This document shows positions 28,909 to 38,840 of a DNA stretch of 64,000 bases, in pieces. A model generated the notes under the pieces. It searched no databases. It was given only the letters and a program-made list of their open reading frames with translations, and was not told the origin of the DNA. This DNA comes from an uncultured bacterium (GTDB taxonomy: Bacteria > Patescibacteriota > Minisyncoccia > UBA6257 > 2-01-FULL-56-20): the NCBI GenBank assembly GCA_963844965.1, contig CAWJQC010000004.1, forward strand, positions 64,001-128,000, written 5' to 3'. The first letter of the stretch is position 1. The number at the start of each line of letters is the position of its first letter. Position numbers and translations under genes: made by a program.

Positions 28909-29236
28909 CCGACCCCCAATCAAAAGATTTTCACTCAAACAACTGCAAGCAGTATAACGAAATTTTTTGAATTTGGCAAATTTGATATTTTTCGCCGCAG
29001 AAGCCAACGCCACTTCTCGGCCATAAAAATATCCGCAAACGGCAACCGTTTGCGGATTTCAACTTATCGCGACGCACTCTCAACGCACCTCACGCACAAA
29101 ACACGCACCTGCCGCCAAGGAATCTCGCCCTCAGCGGCGAGAAGAAAATCTCCGGCCAATATAAAGCCCATGGATTCAAGAATTCGCGCGCGGCATTTGC
29201 AACAATTCACTTTCACGCCGACCTTCCTTAGAATTT

Positions 29237-30256
29237 TCAATCGCGCCTCTTCAAAACAGGCGGCTGCTCCTCGCCCTTATTACCTTTATTCTCGCCGCCC
29301 TGCTGTGTCTGGTCGGTCGGCTCGCGCTTCTTAAGCGTCGGCTTTCCTTCGGTTACTTTCCTTCTGCTCGTCACAATTTGCAGCCGATCTTTCACGTCAT
29401 CAAACTCGGATGTAGACACGAGATACTGGTCCTTTTTCGGAAGAATTTCCTTAATCTCCTTCTCTATTTTTATAATCCTGTCACCAGTTGGCGGATGGTC
29501 GGCAAAAACGTTTGGCACGCTTCCGGGTATTCGCCTTTCTTCTTCAATAACCTTGGAAAACATACCTACGTAGGACTCCGGGTCGTAGCCCGCCTTATAC
29601 ATGTACTGCAATCCCAGATAGTCCGCCTCGGCCTCGTCGTTGCGGCTGAATTTTAAAAACGCAATAGGTATGCCAAAGTTCATGGCCTCCATAGTCGCAA
29701 TGTAAACAGGATAAGACATGGGTACGAAGATAAGAGGAATTGTGGCGTATTGGAGGAGCGTGGCTTTTGTCATCTGCGACGCCCAATGCCGGCACGCAAC
29801 GTGCGCAATCTCGTGCGCCATCACTCCGGCAACCTGACTTTCTCCATCGGCAACAAGAAGCAGGCCAGAATTAATATACAAGAACCCGCCAGGGAGAGCG
29901 AAGGCGTTGATTCCGGGCGCATCTATAACTTTCACCGTAAGAGGAACTTTCAGGTCCGAATTCCGCGCAATGTTCTGAGCGACGCGGTTGACATACTCGC
30001 CCACCACAGGGTCGGTCAAAAGTTTCGCCGATTTCTCAACTTCGGTGGAGTATTGTTTCCCGATGGCAATCTCTTTTTCAATGGAAATTATTGACTTGTG
30101 CGCGACCTTGCGGTTGCCGATTTCTTCGGGGTTGTCTTTGCTCTTCTGTCCGTCCGCCGAAGCGCCATAAGCCCTGGGAGGGCACGCCATAATGGCCAAA
30201 AGGATAGCAAGAATAATTACAAGAATCAGGTATCGTTTCTTGACCGTACCGCTCAT
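29237..30256 (-). CDS. Secreted peptidase M48 family (Zn metalloprotease, BepA/YfgC-like)
   Basis: Signal peptide; MAHEIAHVACRH HExxH motif; EAEADYLGLQYM downstream glutamate motif. Confidence 0.7.
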   Translation of the reverse strand: MSGTVKKRYLILVIILAILLAIMACPPRAYGASADGQKSKDNPEEIGNRKVAHKSIISIEKEIAIGKQYSTEVEKSAKLLTDPVVGEYVNRVAQNIARNSDLKVPLTVKVIDAPGINAFALPGGFLYINSGLLLVADGESQVAGVMAHEIAHVACRHWASQMTKATLLQYATIPLIFVPMSYPVYIATMEAMNFGIPIAFLKFSRNDEAEADYLGLQYMYKAGYDPESYVGMFSKVIEEERRIPGSVPNVFADHPPTGDRIIKIEKEIKEILPKKDQYLVSTSEFDDVKDRLQIVTSRRKVTEGKPTLKKREPTDQTQQGGENKGNKGEEQPPVLKRRD

Positions 30257-30488
30257 AAGCCACCTCCTTTTCCAGATTCAACCAACTGCTTCCACTCTAC
30301 CAAAAAGCGGGAAAAAATCCAGAACCTGTCCAAGTCGTTGCGGAAAGACGTTTTTGGATATAAAATAATAAAACCGGCCGCGAAGCCCGACATAATCAGC
30401 GCCATTCGGCTTAATAAAAATCCGCCCATAGCTCCCACCTTCGCCGAGGCTTCGGCGGGCAAGCAACTGGCCCCGCACCAAAATTTAT

Positions 30489-30561
30489 CCGCGCGTAGCT
30501 CAACTGGCAGAGCAGCTCCCTCTTAAGGAGACGGTTGCAGGTTCGACTCCTGCCGCGCGGA
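30489..30561 (+). tRNA. tRNA-Lys (anticodon CTT)
   Basis: Acceptor CCGCGCG/CGCGCGG, D-arm GCTC-AACTGGC-AGAGC, anticodon loop CTCTTAA (stem with one G.A mismatch), T-arm GCAGG-TTCGACT-CCTGC, discriminator A. Confidence 0.75.
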
Positions 30562-31231
30562 CTGGAAAAATTAAGGATAAATTTGGTGCGGGTTAGACGC
30601 CGCAGCTCTCCTCTTACAACCGCGTAGCGAGGCGAGGATAAAAATCGCCAATTTTTATTTTCGCCGAGCGAGCGGGTGGCGAAACAGGTTTTCGCAGGAA
30701 AAGGTTCCAGGTTCAAGTCCCTGCTTGCCAGCAGGCAGGCAGGTGGGCGGACACAGAATCGAGGATCTCCGGCAGCTCACCTCTTTTTTATTGACAACAC
30801 ACACGTTATTTTTTAATCTAAACAGTAGCGTCTGTTAAAAATTAAAAATCGGGAGCGGCAATGTATAGTCTGTTTGGAAGATTCGAGCGGATAGGCGAAG
30901 CGAAATATTCCGCCGAGGAAATCTGTCTTTTCCGGTTAATCGACCTTCTATTACATCGCGGATGGAGATTCCTGGGATGCCTGTGGAACGGCAAAAAATA
31001 TAAGATAAAAATAAAAAATCTCCGCACCGGCAAAAAACGCTCTTTCAAATCAGGACGCCCATATTGGCTCTCAAGCGATGCCGACGGAAATTTATTCTAA
31101 CCCCACCGAATGAACAGGTGGGTTTTTGTTTTGGGGTAAATTTGGTATAATATGTGCGCGATGTGCTTGGCTCATATTGGGAAAACGTGGCGCCGGACAC
31201 CGAACAAATTCCGTTCTATGTATAAATCATT

Positions 31232-33913
31232 ATGAGTGGGATAAAAATAAATCTTTCTCTCAGCGAAATCCCAGGCATCGGCCCGCGTTTTCTGGAACGG
31301 CTGGGAAAACTCGGCATAAAAACCGTCCGTGATCTCATTTATCATTTTCCGGCCCGCTACGAGGATTTCTCCCAGATATACAAAATTTCCGACGTTGAGC
31401 CGGGGGAACAGGTAACAATACGTGGCGTTGTTGAAGACACCAAACTGCGGCGGACTTGGAGAAAACACATGACAATCGCCGAAGCCCTGATCCGCGACGA
31501 TTCCGGAACGATACGCGCCATCTGGTTCAACCAACCATATGTTTTGAACACTCTGCGGGTCGGGCGCACGGCGAATTTCGCAGGCAAAATATCCATATCG
31601 GACGAGGACGAAATTTATTTGAGCCACCCGGCTTATGAAATCGTCGGCAGTCGGGAGTCGGGAACGGAGAAGCAAGAAACAAAACATACAGCGCGGCTCG
31701 TCCCCATTTATCCCGAAACGCGCGGCCTCACATCCAAGGGGTTGAGATATCTGATCCAGCCAATTCTGAAAAACAGCGAACAGCTGGAGGAATGGCTGCC
31801 GCCGGAAGTTCTGCGCGAAAATAATTTTCCCGAAATAAACCTTGCGCTCAGATCCATACACTTCCCCGAAAAAACCGAGGATGCTCTTGTCGCGAAAAAA
31901 CGCTTCACTTTTGAAAACCTGTTCCTGCTGCAACTCGCCAATCTTGAACAAAAATTGAAACTCGCGCGCGAAAAAGCGCCAGTGATCAAAACCGACATAG
32001 AACACCTGAAAAAAATGATCTCGGAACTGCCATACGAACTCACGTTTTCGCAAAAGAAATCATTGTGGGAAATCATCCAGGACCTCGCCAAAAAACAGCC
32101 GATGAACCGCCTGCTCCAGGGCGACGTGGGCTCCGGCAAGACGGTTGTCGCGGCGCTCGCCGCGGTAATTACCGCGGAAAACGGGCTGCAGACCGCGTTT
32201 ATGGCGCCAACCGAGGTTCTCGCGAGACAGCATTTTGAAACATTGAAAAAATTATTCGCCGGAATTCCCTCGATCCATCAACCCGTAGTTGGGCTTCTCA
32301 CGTCAAGCGAAGCAAAAATCCTCTACGCGACAGACCTTGAATCAAAAATCAAAAAACCGGAGTTGCAGGAAAAAATAAAAAACGGCGAGGTAAAAATAGC
32401 CATCGGCACGCACGCTTTGATACAAAAAGACGTGGCGTTCGGCAATCTTGCCTTTATCATCATTGACGAACAGCATAGATTCGGCGTCTCACAACGAGCT
32501 GCGCTCGTTCGCGGACAGACGCAGAATGATAATACGCGGACAGACGCTGAACAACTACTATACGAAAAAACGACGTTTGAGATAAGAAAAAGTCTGTTTG
32601 AGGTGAGAAAACAACTGGGCCTTGGTCATAAAGAAGTGGTGTATCAGAAAGCATTGGAGGAGGAGTTCAAGAAATCCGGTGTAATATTTGAGAAAGAAAA
32701 GAAAATTCCTGTCGTTTATAACAAGAAAAAGATTGGCGTTTATCAACCGGATTTTGTCATAGATAATGAAGTAATTTTGGAACTTAAGGCTCTTCCCTTT
32801 ATCGGCGGCATCGAAAAAAAACAGCTGTGGAATTATTTGAGGGGTTCGGATTACAAACTCGCGCTTATGGCAAACTTTGGACCGGAAAGATTATCCATAG
32901 AGCGGGTAGTATACGATATTGCGCGGAGTCGGCGGCTGTCAGCGTCCGGTCAGCAACTGTCCGCGCCTATCCCCCACCTCCTCTCAATGTCCGCCACGCC
33001 AATCCCACGCACGCTCATGCTCACCGTCTTCGGCGATTTGGATATATCGCTCATCACCGAACTTCCCGCCGGCAGAAAAAATATCGTAACAAAAATAATC
33101 CCCCCACGGGGCAGGAGCGAAGCCTATGAATTCATCCGCGGCGAAGTGAGGGCCAGCCGGCAGGTTTTTGTCATCTGCCCCCGCATTGACAAACCGCAGA
33201 CAGGCGCAGACCACACGCAGACAAACGCAGACAAGACACAGACAGACGCAGACAATTTTCAGCGGCTGTCTGCGTCAAGTCAGCGACTGTCCGCGTTAAG
33301 TCCACGTAAGTCCGCGTTAGTGTGGGAAGTAAGATCCGTGAAAGAAGAATTTGAAAAATTATCCAAGAAAATTTTTCCGGATTTGCGCGTCGCCATGCTC
33401 CACGGCCAGCTCAAGCCAAAAGAAAAAGCGGGTATCATGAAGGACTTCCGCAACTACAAAATAGATATTCTCGTTTCAACTTCCGTCGTGGAAGTTGGCG
33501 TGGACGTGCCGAACGCAACAATAATGATGATTGAAGGCGCCGATCGCTTCGGGCTGGCTCAGATCTACCAATTCCGCGGACGCGTGGGGCGCGGCGAACA
33601 CCAATCCTATTGCTTCCTGTTCACGGATTCGTCCGCCAAAACTACGCGCGAGCGGCTGCAGGCCGTCCTTGAAGCCAAGAACGGCTTTGAGCTCGCCGAG
33701 AAGGACCTGAAGATCCGCGGTCCCGGCGAATTCCTCGGCACGGCGCAGACCGGCTTTCCCGACACGGCGATGAGCGGCCTCATGAACCCGGAGCTCGTGA
33801 AAGCAAGCCGCGAAGCGGCGGCAAAAATCGTCCAAAAAGATCCGCTTTTCAAAAATTATCCGCTCCTGAAAACCAAATTAAACGAGTTCCGGAAGGAAAT
33901 CCACTTGGAGTAG
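31232..33913 (+). CDS. recG: ATP-dependent DNA helicase RecG carrying an inserted GxxExxY/PD-(D/E)XK nuclease-like domain (about 32500-32990) and a second short repeat-encoded insert (33180-33310)
   Basis: Wedge/OB N-terminus; helicase motifs GDVGSGKT, DEQHRFG, QxxGRxGR (YQFRGRVGRGEHQSY). Internal segment GHKEVVYQKALEEEF...YQPDFVIDNEVILELKA matches GxxExxY plus D-x(n)-ExK. Confidence 0.85.
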   Translation: MSGIKINLSLSEIPGIGPRFLERLGKLGIKTVRDLIYHFPARYEDFSQIYKISDVEPGEQVTIRGVVEDTKLRRTWRKHMTIAEALIRDDSGTIRAIWFNQPYVLNTLRVGRTANFAGKISISDEDEIYLSHPAYEIVGSRESGTEKQETKHTARLVPIYPETRGLTSKGLRYLIQPILKNSEQLEEWLPPEVLRENNFPEINLALRSIHFPEKTEDALVAKKRFTFENLFLLQLANLEQKLKLAREKAPVIKTDIEHLKKMISELPYELTFSQKKSLWEIIQDLAKKQPMNRLLQGDVGSGKTVVAALAAVITAENGLQTAFMAPTEVLARQHFETLKKLFAGIPSIHQPVVGLLTSSEAKILYATDLESKIKKPELQEKIKNGEVKIAIGTHALIQKDVAFGNLAFIIIDEQHRFGVSQRAALVRGQTQNDNTRTDAEQLLYEKTTFEIRKSLFEVRKQLGLGHKEVVYQKALEEEFKKSGVIFEKEKKIPVVYNKKKIGVYQPDFVIDNEVILELKALPFIGGIEKKQLWNYLRGSDYKLALMANFGPERLSIERVVYDIARSRRLSASGQQLSAPIPHLLSMSATPIPRTLMLTVFGDLDISLITELPAGRKNIVTKIIPPRGRSEAYEFIRGEVRASRQVFVICPRIDKPQTGADHTQTNADKTQTDADNFQRLSASSQRLSALSPRKSALVWEVRSVKEEFEKLSKKIFPDLRVAMLHGQLKPKEKAGIMKDFRNYKIDILVSTSVVEVGVDVPNATIMMIEGADRFGLAQIYQFRGRVGRGEHQSYCFLFTDSSAKTTRERLQAVLEAKNGFELAEKDLKIRGPGEFLGTAQTGFPDTAMSGLMNPELVKASREAAAKIVQKDPLFKNYPLLKTKLNEFRKEIHLE

Positions 33914-34179
33914 TGCCTTCGGTAAAAATGCTTTTCGGTAAAACTCGTTTTCAAACGACCGTCCGCTCATTCCGACAATCAATAGGCGGTAGCAGTGCCG
34001 CAAACGCCGTTCAGATAATTTTGAAGCGTTGCTTCCCAAGCATAATCGTTGCCAGCGGCGCAGAAGTGGGACAAGTGGCTCCACTTGTTACCTATTTCAC
34101 ATAAGCCTGCGTTTCCTTCCGATGCTCTGCCGGATTCTTTTGATCGGCTCTCGCTATTTTCGTGGAACTTGTTATGTCA

Positions 34180-36625
34180 CTACTGCTCCATATGACCGAC
34201 AAGGGTGCATGTATAAAAGTTACCAGTGCATTGGGATGAATTAGTAACATCCCAACAAGTTGAATAAGTCTCCAGCGCGCCACTACAAGGAGTGGTATTA
34301 GCGCATGAACTGTTGTAGTAACGAATATAAGTCATATACTGCGGGCAGAAGTAAATCGGCGTCCCGCCTGTAACTTTAAGAGTGCCGGGAATGATGACGT
34401 TGCCGTTTGCTAGAACCTGTATAGCTGCTCCGGTTGTAGTAGCTGTACCAGTATTCGGCATACTGCCGCCAATACCGACGTTGCCGGCATAGTTGATGAC
34501 TAATTTATTTGATTCTGCCGCACTAGGATAATTTCCCACCATAAGCATGGCGCCCTGATTAACATCGCCCACATCGAGCAGCACCGCATCCGCATTGGTC
34601 GTAGCCGCGGTGCCGTAGAACGTGCCGGTATTGGTATCCCTGTTCTGCTCGAACTGGGTGCCGTAATCACCGGTGTTATACAAGAACGAATAGGTGGGAT
34701 TACTAAAATCGCTGTACATCTCAAGGCCGGGGCCGGTACCGGCAGTATTTGAATATGCATAAAATTGATAGTTGGCGGGCGCCGCCGCTCCCACCCCGAT
34801 TCCGGAGGTGAATAAACCTCCTCCAGTTACCGTCAGTTTCTGGGTCGGCGCCGTATTCCCGATGCCGACGTTGCCGGAGGAATTCCAAATACCGGTGCCA
34901 GGCATCGTAACGTTGCCAGTAAAGGTCGGGCTCGCTAAAAGCGCCGCTCCGGTAACCTGCGCTACCCCGTAGTCACCAGATGCCGCCACCACGGCTCCGG
35001 TTCCGCCAAATACCGAGGTGACGCCGCCGCTCGGCCAAGCCGTGATGCAATTCGCCCCGGAGATGCAATATTGAGTGGCGTTTGCGGTAACCGTTGACGT
35101 ACAGAGCGTACCCTCCGCCTGAGTTTGTGAAATACCCACCGTAGCCGCCGGAGTTGGTGGCTAATCCATAAACTCCTACGCCGTTACCTGCCGCTGACTG
35201 TCCGGCAACCCCTACCCAGTAAGAAGCGCCGACCTGTCCGCCGAGAATCCCATTCGTTGTGGCGTTGCTATTATTTCCCGTTACCGAGCCGACCCATGAT
35301 GAATTGACGGCGCTCGTGAAACTGCCTACGCCAGCAACAACCAACGGATATGCCGGCGTCGTCGTCCCGATGCCGACGTTGCCGTTCGTGATGGAGAAAT
35401 ATGGACCACCCCCCATCCCAGTGCCAAGCGCCAAATTGAGGCCATAAGATTGTGACGTCAAATCAGCGTATGTAAATGCTCCGTTGCTGGTGGTGAACTT
35501 TATCCAATCTACGTTTGACCCGTTTGTATTGTCTAGCCGTAAGGTAGACGTACTTCCACTCTGAATATCAAGTTTTGCGACCGGCGCCGTGTTCCCGATG
35601 CCGACGTTGCCGTTGTTATTTATAAACAAGGCGGGTGACGCGCCGGATGAGTCAGAACCCTGAGTCAAAAAGGCCATTGGAGAACCGTTACTGCCGATCC
35701 GGGCCCAGTTCGCAACTGCTGCCGGTCCAAGCTGTAGCAAGGCATCGGTACCGTTAGATGTCAAGTCAAACTTGGCGAATTTTGACCCGTTCACGACATG
35801 CAACGTCGTTGCCGGCGACGCCGTCCCGATGCCGACGTTGCCGCCATATGCAAGCGTCATTATTTGGGAGTACCAACTGCTGGGGTTCTGATACCCAATC
35901 GTCAAGACCGAATTATCTGACGCTGGTGCAAAAACATACCCATTATTACTGCCAGCCATATCGCGGAGCTTGAAGGCTCCAAAGACATCAAGTGTATTTT
36001 GTGGTGACGGCGTCCCGATGCCGACCGAGCCCGAGAAATACCCGCCGCCGTAGACGGAGAGGGCCTGCGGCAAGTTGCTGGCGGAGGATGTGGTAACGCC
36101 CAGAGCGGAAGAAACAAACACACTGTGGGGGAACCCGTAGGGAACGCCGGAATCGGCCTCTAGAGAATTGAACACCGCGGGCGTGACATAGCCGGCGTTG
36201 ACGGTCCCGTTAAAATTGCCGTGGATCGTGCCGTTCACGTCAAGCTGGTAGCCAGGCGACGCCGTCCCGATGCCGACAGAACCGTCATTGCGCACGACAA
36301 GTATGGGCGACGAATTCGGATAAAGGATCTTCAATGTGTAATTCGCGGCATCAGCGGACGAAGAAGCAACGATGAGGAGTTTGGTTTCCGGCAGAGGCGT
36401 GGGCGTACCAACGCCCAGATTCCCAGCCGCATTAGTGCTTACCGCTCCCGAACCGAAACCGGGGGTGGGAGGAGGAGAGGCAAACGCGTAGTAGGTAGTA
36501 GGTAGTAGGTAGTAGGTAGTAGCGAGAATGACGAAAAACAAAACGTGCGGCGCAAAACTCGGACGCACACCGTAAAACTTGCGGCGGAGCTTTTGCTGTT
36601 TTTGGAACAAATCTGCGTCCATCAT
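34180..36625 (-). CDS. Giant Sec-secreted fibre-like surface protein 1 (about 815 aa; frameshift near 35100-35160 joins ORF-track pieces 34973..36625 and 34180..35139)
   Basis: Signal peptide MMDADLFQKQQKLRRKFYG...VLFFVILATTYYLLPTTYYAFA; dozens of GNVGIGT(A/T)xP repeats; Cys-rich C-terminal domain; N-terminus and a ~150-aa internal block identical to the 40555..43680 paralog. Confidence 0.7.
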
Positions 36626-36859
36626 AATAATTTACTACCTACTACCTACTACCTACCGCTTTTAATTGTTTCGGGGCGACAATCTCATAGCTTTATTATA
36701 TAAGAACAGGGAAAGATATGTAGAAAGGGGTGTGCATAGGCGCGAAAACTGCCCGAGCGGCGGCCGCAAATTTCCCGGCCATCCGGGATATAAAAAAGGC
36801 TCTCGCGAGGAATTGCGAATTGCGAATCCTCACGAGAGCCAAACATACCGGAGGGGAAT

Positions 36860-37567
36860 CTAGTGGCCGACGATGGGTGGAAGACCGGCCTGGTAGCGGC
36901 GGTAATTCCCCATGTACCGGTCCGCCACCTGAATATTCCGCACGCCGTACCAAACGTGAACCGTGCTAAGGTAACCGGCAAAGCCGATGCTTGCGAGACG
37001 CTCGGCCCTCACCATTCTCCTGCCCCACTTATGTCCCCCCCATTTATGCTCTGTCCAGCGAGGGATAGCCGAAGAAAAGTAGGAAAAAACGACATCGAAC
37101 GCCGAGGCGCTCCCTAACACCCCAGCAATATTGCGATTGCCAAATTGGGTATATAGGGAGTCCGTCTCACGGGGGCCCTGCTGGCTAGCATAACGCAAAC
37201 CGTTGCTAGCGACGTACTCTGGAATAAAGGGTGGCGTAGAGAGGGAACGGAACGTGGTTATGTTGTCAAACGCAAATGGCCCGCGCTCAACACCCCACAT
37301 CCAAGCCTGTGTCCTCTCAAGCTTGCTCTGGTCCCGGTTTAACTTGCCGCCAGGCCAAGCCATAACCCTAAACACCTTATCAAAGGTTGATGGCTCAACC
37401 GGTGCCGCCGAACGCAAGGGCGAGATAGCGGGTGCGAGTGCCGGTGCAGACGCGGCGGATGCCGCCACGGGCGTTGACGCTAAGGGCAGTTCGGTAAGAC
37501 CGTCTGCCGGAAACGCGCGAACCGAAATGATTGTCAAGATTGTCAACAAAAGCACCAGTCGCTTCAT
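36860..37567 (-). CDS. Secreted hypothetical protein (start at MKRLVLLLTILTIISVRAFPA)
   Basis: Signal peptide plus Ala/Pro-rich linker; the ORF-track upstream extension overlaps a palindrome. Confidence 0.45.
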   Translation of the reverse strand: MKRLVLLLTILTIISVRAFPADGLTELPLASTPVAASAASAPALAPAISPLRSAAPVEPSTFDKVFRVMAWPGGKLNRDQSKLERTQAWMWGVERGPFAFDNITTFRSLSTPPFIPEYVASNGLRYASQQGPRETDSLYTQFGNRNIAGVLGSASAFDVVFSYFSSAIPRWTEHKWGGHKWGRRMVRAERLASIGFAGYLSTVHVWYGVRNIQVADRYMGNYRRYQAGLPPIVGH

Positions 37568-38045
37568 AACGACCTCCTCAAAAAGATTTAATTTAATTGC
37601 GCAAAGCAATTTGGCTACTCCCAAGAATAACCAAATCGCTTTGCGCAAGCAATATATTCATTTTTCAAGATACTTGCCTATCTATGCTAATTATAGCACA
37701 AATAAACAACCTGTCAACCCCCACCTTTTTCCGAAAAGGTGGGGGTCAAGTGGCCGCGGCGGCTGACCCGCTGAAGCGACGATACCCTACAACTCATAAA
37801 TCTCATCTCGCTTGCCTATTTTGAGTATATAAATTGCGCCATTTCTAACGTCAAATACCAACCTATAATCGCCCACGCGAAATCTGAACTCCCCGCCGCG
37901 GTTGTCAGCCAAACGCTTGGCAAACCTCAACGGATTATCCTCTGACGCATAAATGCGCATCTTCTTTGCTTTGCGATGCGCACTTGAACTTCTCTCGGCA
38001 GGGATTCCAACTGCTTAGCCGCCCGCTTGGCATAGAAAATCTTCG

Positions 38046-38222
38046 TTACAATCCCAACTTCTTAAACAGCTTATCCTGCGATATAGTTTTTTTTGCCTTG
38101 ATTTCTTTTCTCGCTTCGCGGACATCCAAAATATGCGCGAGGTAGCCAAGCAGGGCGCCGAAGCGAGCATCCGTTTTCCTCAAACGCTCGTATTCTTGTT
38201 TTGGTATAGTAACCGTGGTCAT
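38046..38222 (-). CDS. Antitoxin-like small protein (58 aa, MTTVTIPKQEYERLRKTDARFGALLGYLAHILDVREARKEIKAKK...), copy 1; its partner toxin is decayed
   Basis: Identical to the antitoxin at 40066..40242. The downstream RelE-like ORF in this copy has lost its ATG (CGT) and carries a 5-nt insertion. Confidence 0.5.
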   Translation of the reverse strand: MTTVTIPKQEYERLRKTDARFGALLGYLAHILDVREARKEIKAKKTISQDKLFKKLGL

Positions 38223-38345
38223 ATAAGTGCATTATAGTAAACCGGCGGCGGATATCAACCCCCACACCAAACGAGGACTTTCCGGGTCCCGCGCCGAAGG
38301 CGCATGTCCTCGTTAGGATTCTCGATAGGAATTGCCGGTGCGACA

Positions 38346-38564
38346 TTACAACAGAGAAACAAACTGCTCCGGTGCAAGTTCGGCATCACGTAGTATTTTG
38401 CGAAGCAGAGAAACATCCACTGCCTTATAGTTCGGCACCGTTACGGATTTCTTGCCGGGACAGGACAAACGAATATGGCTGCCGCGCTGGCGAACTTCGC
38501 GATAACCGAACTTTGCCAAAGCAGAAATAATCTTGCGGCCGGAGATAACAGGCAGTTTAGACAT
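38346..38564 (-). CDS. hicA: HicA-family toxin (mRNA interferase)
   Basis: 72 aa; REVRQRGSHIRLSCPGKKSVTVPNY, the HicA GSH motif. Confidence 0.65.
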   Translation of the reverse strand: MSKLPVISGRKIISALAKFGYREVRQRGSHIRLSCPGKKSVTVPNYKAVDVSLLRKILRDAELAPEQFVSLL

Positions 38565-38570
38565 GACGAG

Positions 38571-38840
38571 CTATACGGCAATTGTATGTAAGCTGATTTC
38601 CTGCGGCTTGTAATCCTGCAAAATTTGCCTGGACTGCTTTTCTTCCAAAATAAGCATTATAACCTCTCGGATATTGCGGAGCGCCTCGTCAATCGTCTTG
38701 CCCTGCGCATAACATCCTTCAAAAACAGGGCATTCAACAACATAAAACCCGCTCTCTCCTTTTTCGGCGAGGAGCGGCAATTGCCGGCCGCGGCCTATAA
38801 ATTTTGCTCTTGTTCTTGCCATAGTGAAATAATACCACAA
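38571..38840 (-). CDS. hicB: HicB-family antitoxin (UPF0150)
   Basis: GFYVVECPVFEGCYAQGKTIDEALRNIREVIMLILEE, HicB N-terminal RNase-H-like fold signature. Confidence 0.6.
   Translation of the reverse strand: MWYYFTMARTRAKFIGRGRQLPLLAEKGESGFYVVECPVFEGCYAQGKTIDEALRNIREVIMLILEEKQSRQILQDYKPQEISLHTIAV

Noticed and set aside
30590-30790. tmRNA (ssrA) or RNase P RNA
   Set aside because: No tag-peptide ORF ending ...AA-stop, no 5'/3' acceptor pairing with CCA context, and none of the conserved P4 or resume-codon motifs could be found by eye.
31172-32053. 293-aa minus-strand ORF antisense to recG, and many similar long antisense or overlapping ORFs (for example 2554..3207+, 5547..6191+, 6251..6913+, 9762..10304+, 10813..11433+, 19599..20150+, 20152..20757+, 49448..50134+, 51077..51598+)
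   Set aside because: Each lies entirely inside a well-supported conserved gene on the opposite strand (RecG, ribosomal proteins, EF-G, peptidases). The translations are low-complexity, Arg/Ser/Pro-rich, typical shadow ORFs.
32500-32995. Intein in recG
   Set aside because: No Cys/Ser at the N-terminal junction, no His-Asn plus Cys/Ser/Thr at the C-terminal junction, no Hint-domain blocks. Instead the insert is bounded by nucleotide inverted repeats and contains a PD-(D/E)XK-type motif.
37597-37824. Plus-strand ORF 37597..37824 and minus ORF 38071..38346 in the TA island
   Set aside because: They overlap the hairpin repeat and the out-of-frame region of the antitoxin gene respectively. The conserved antitoxin (58 aa, under the ORF-track cutoff) explains the coding signal.
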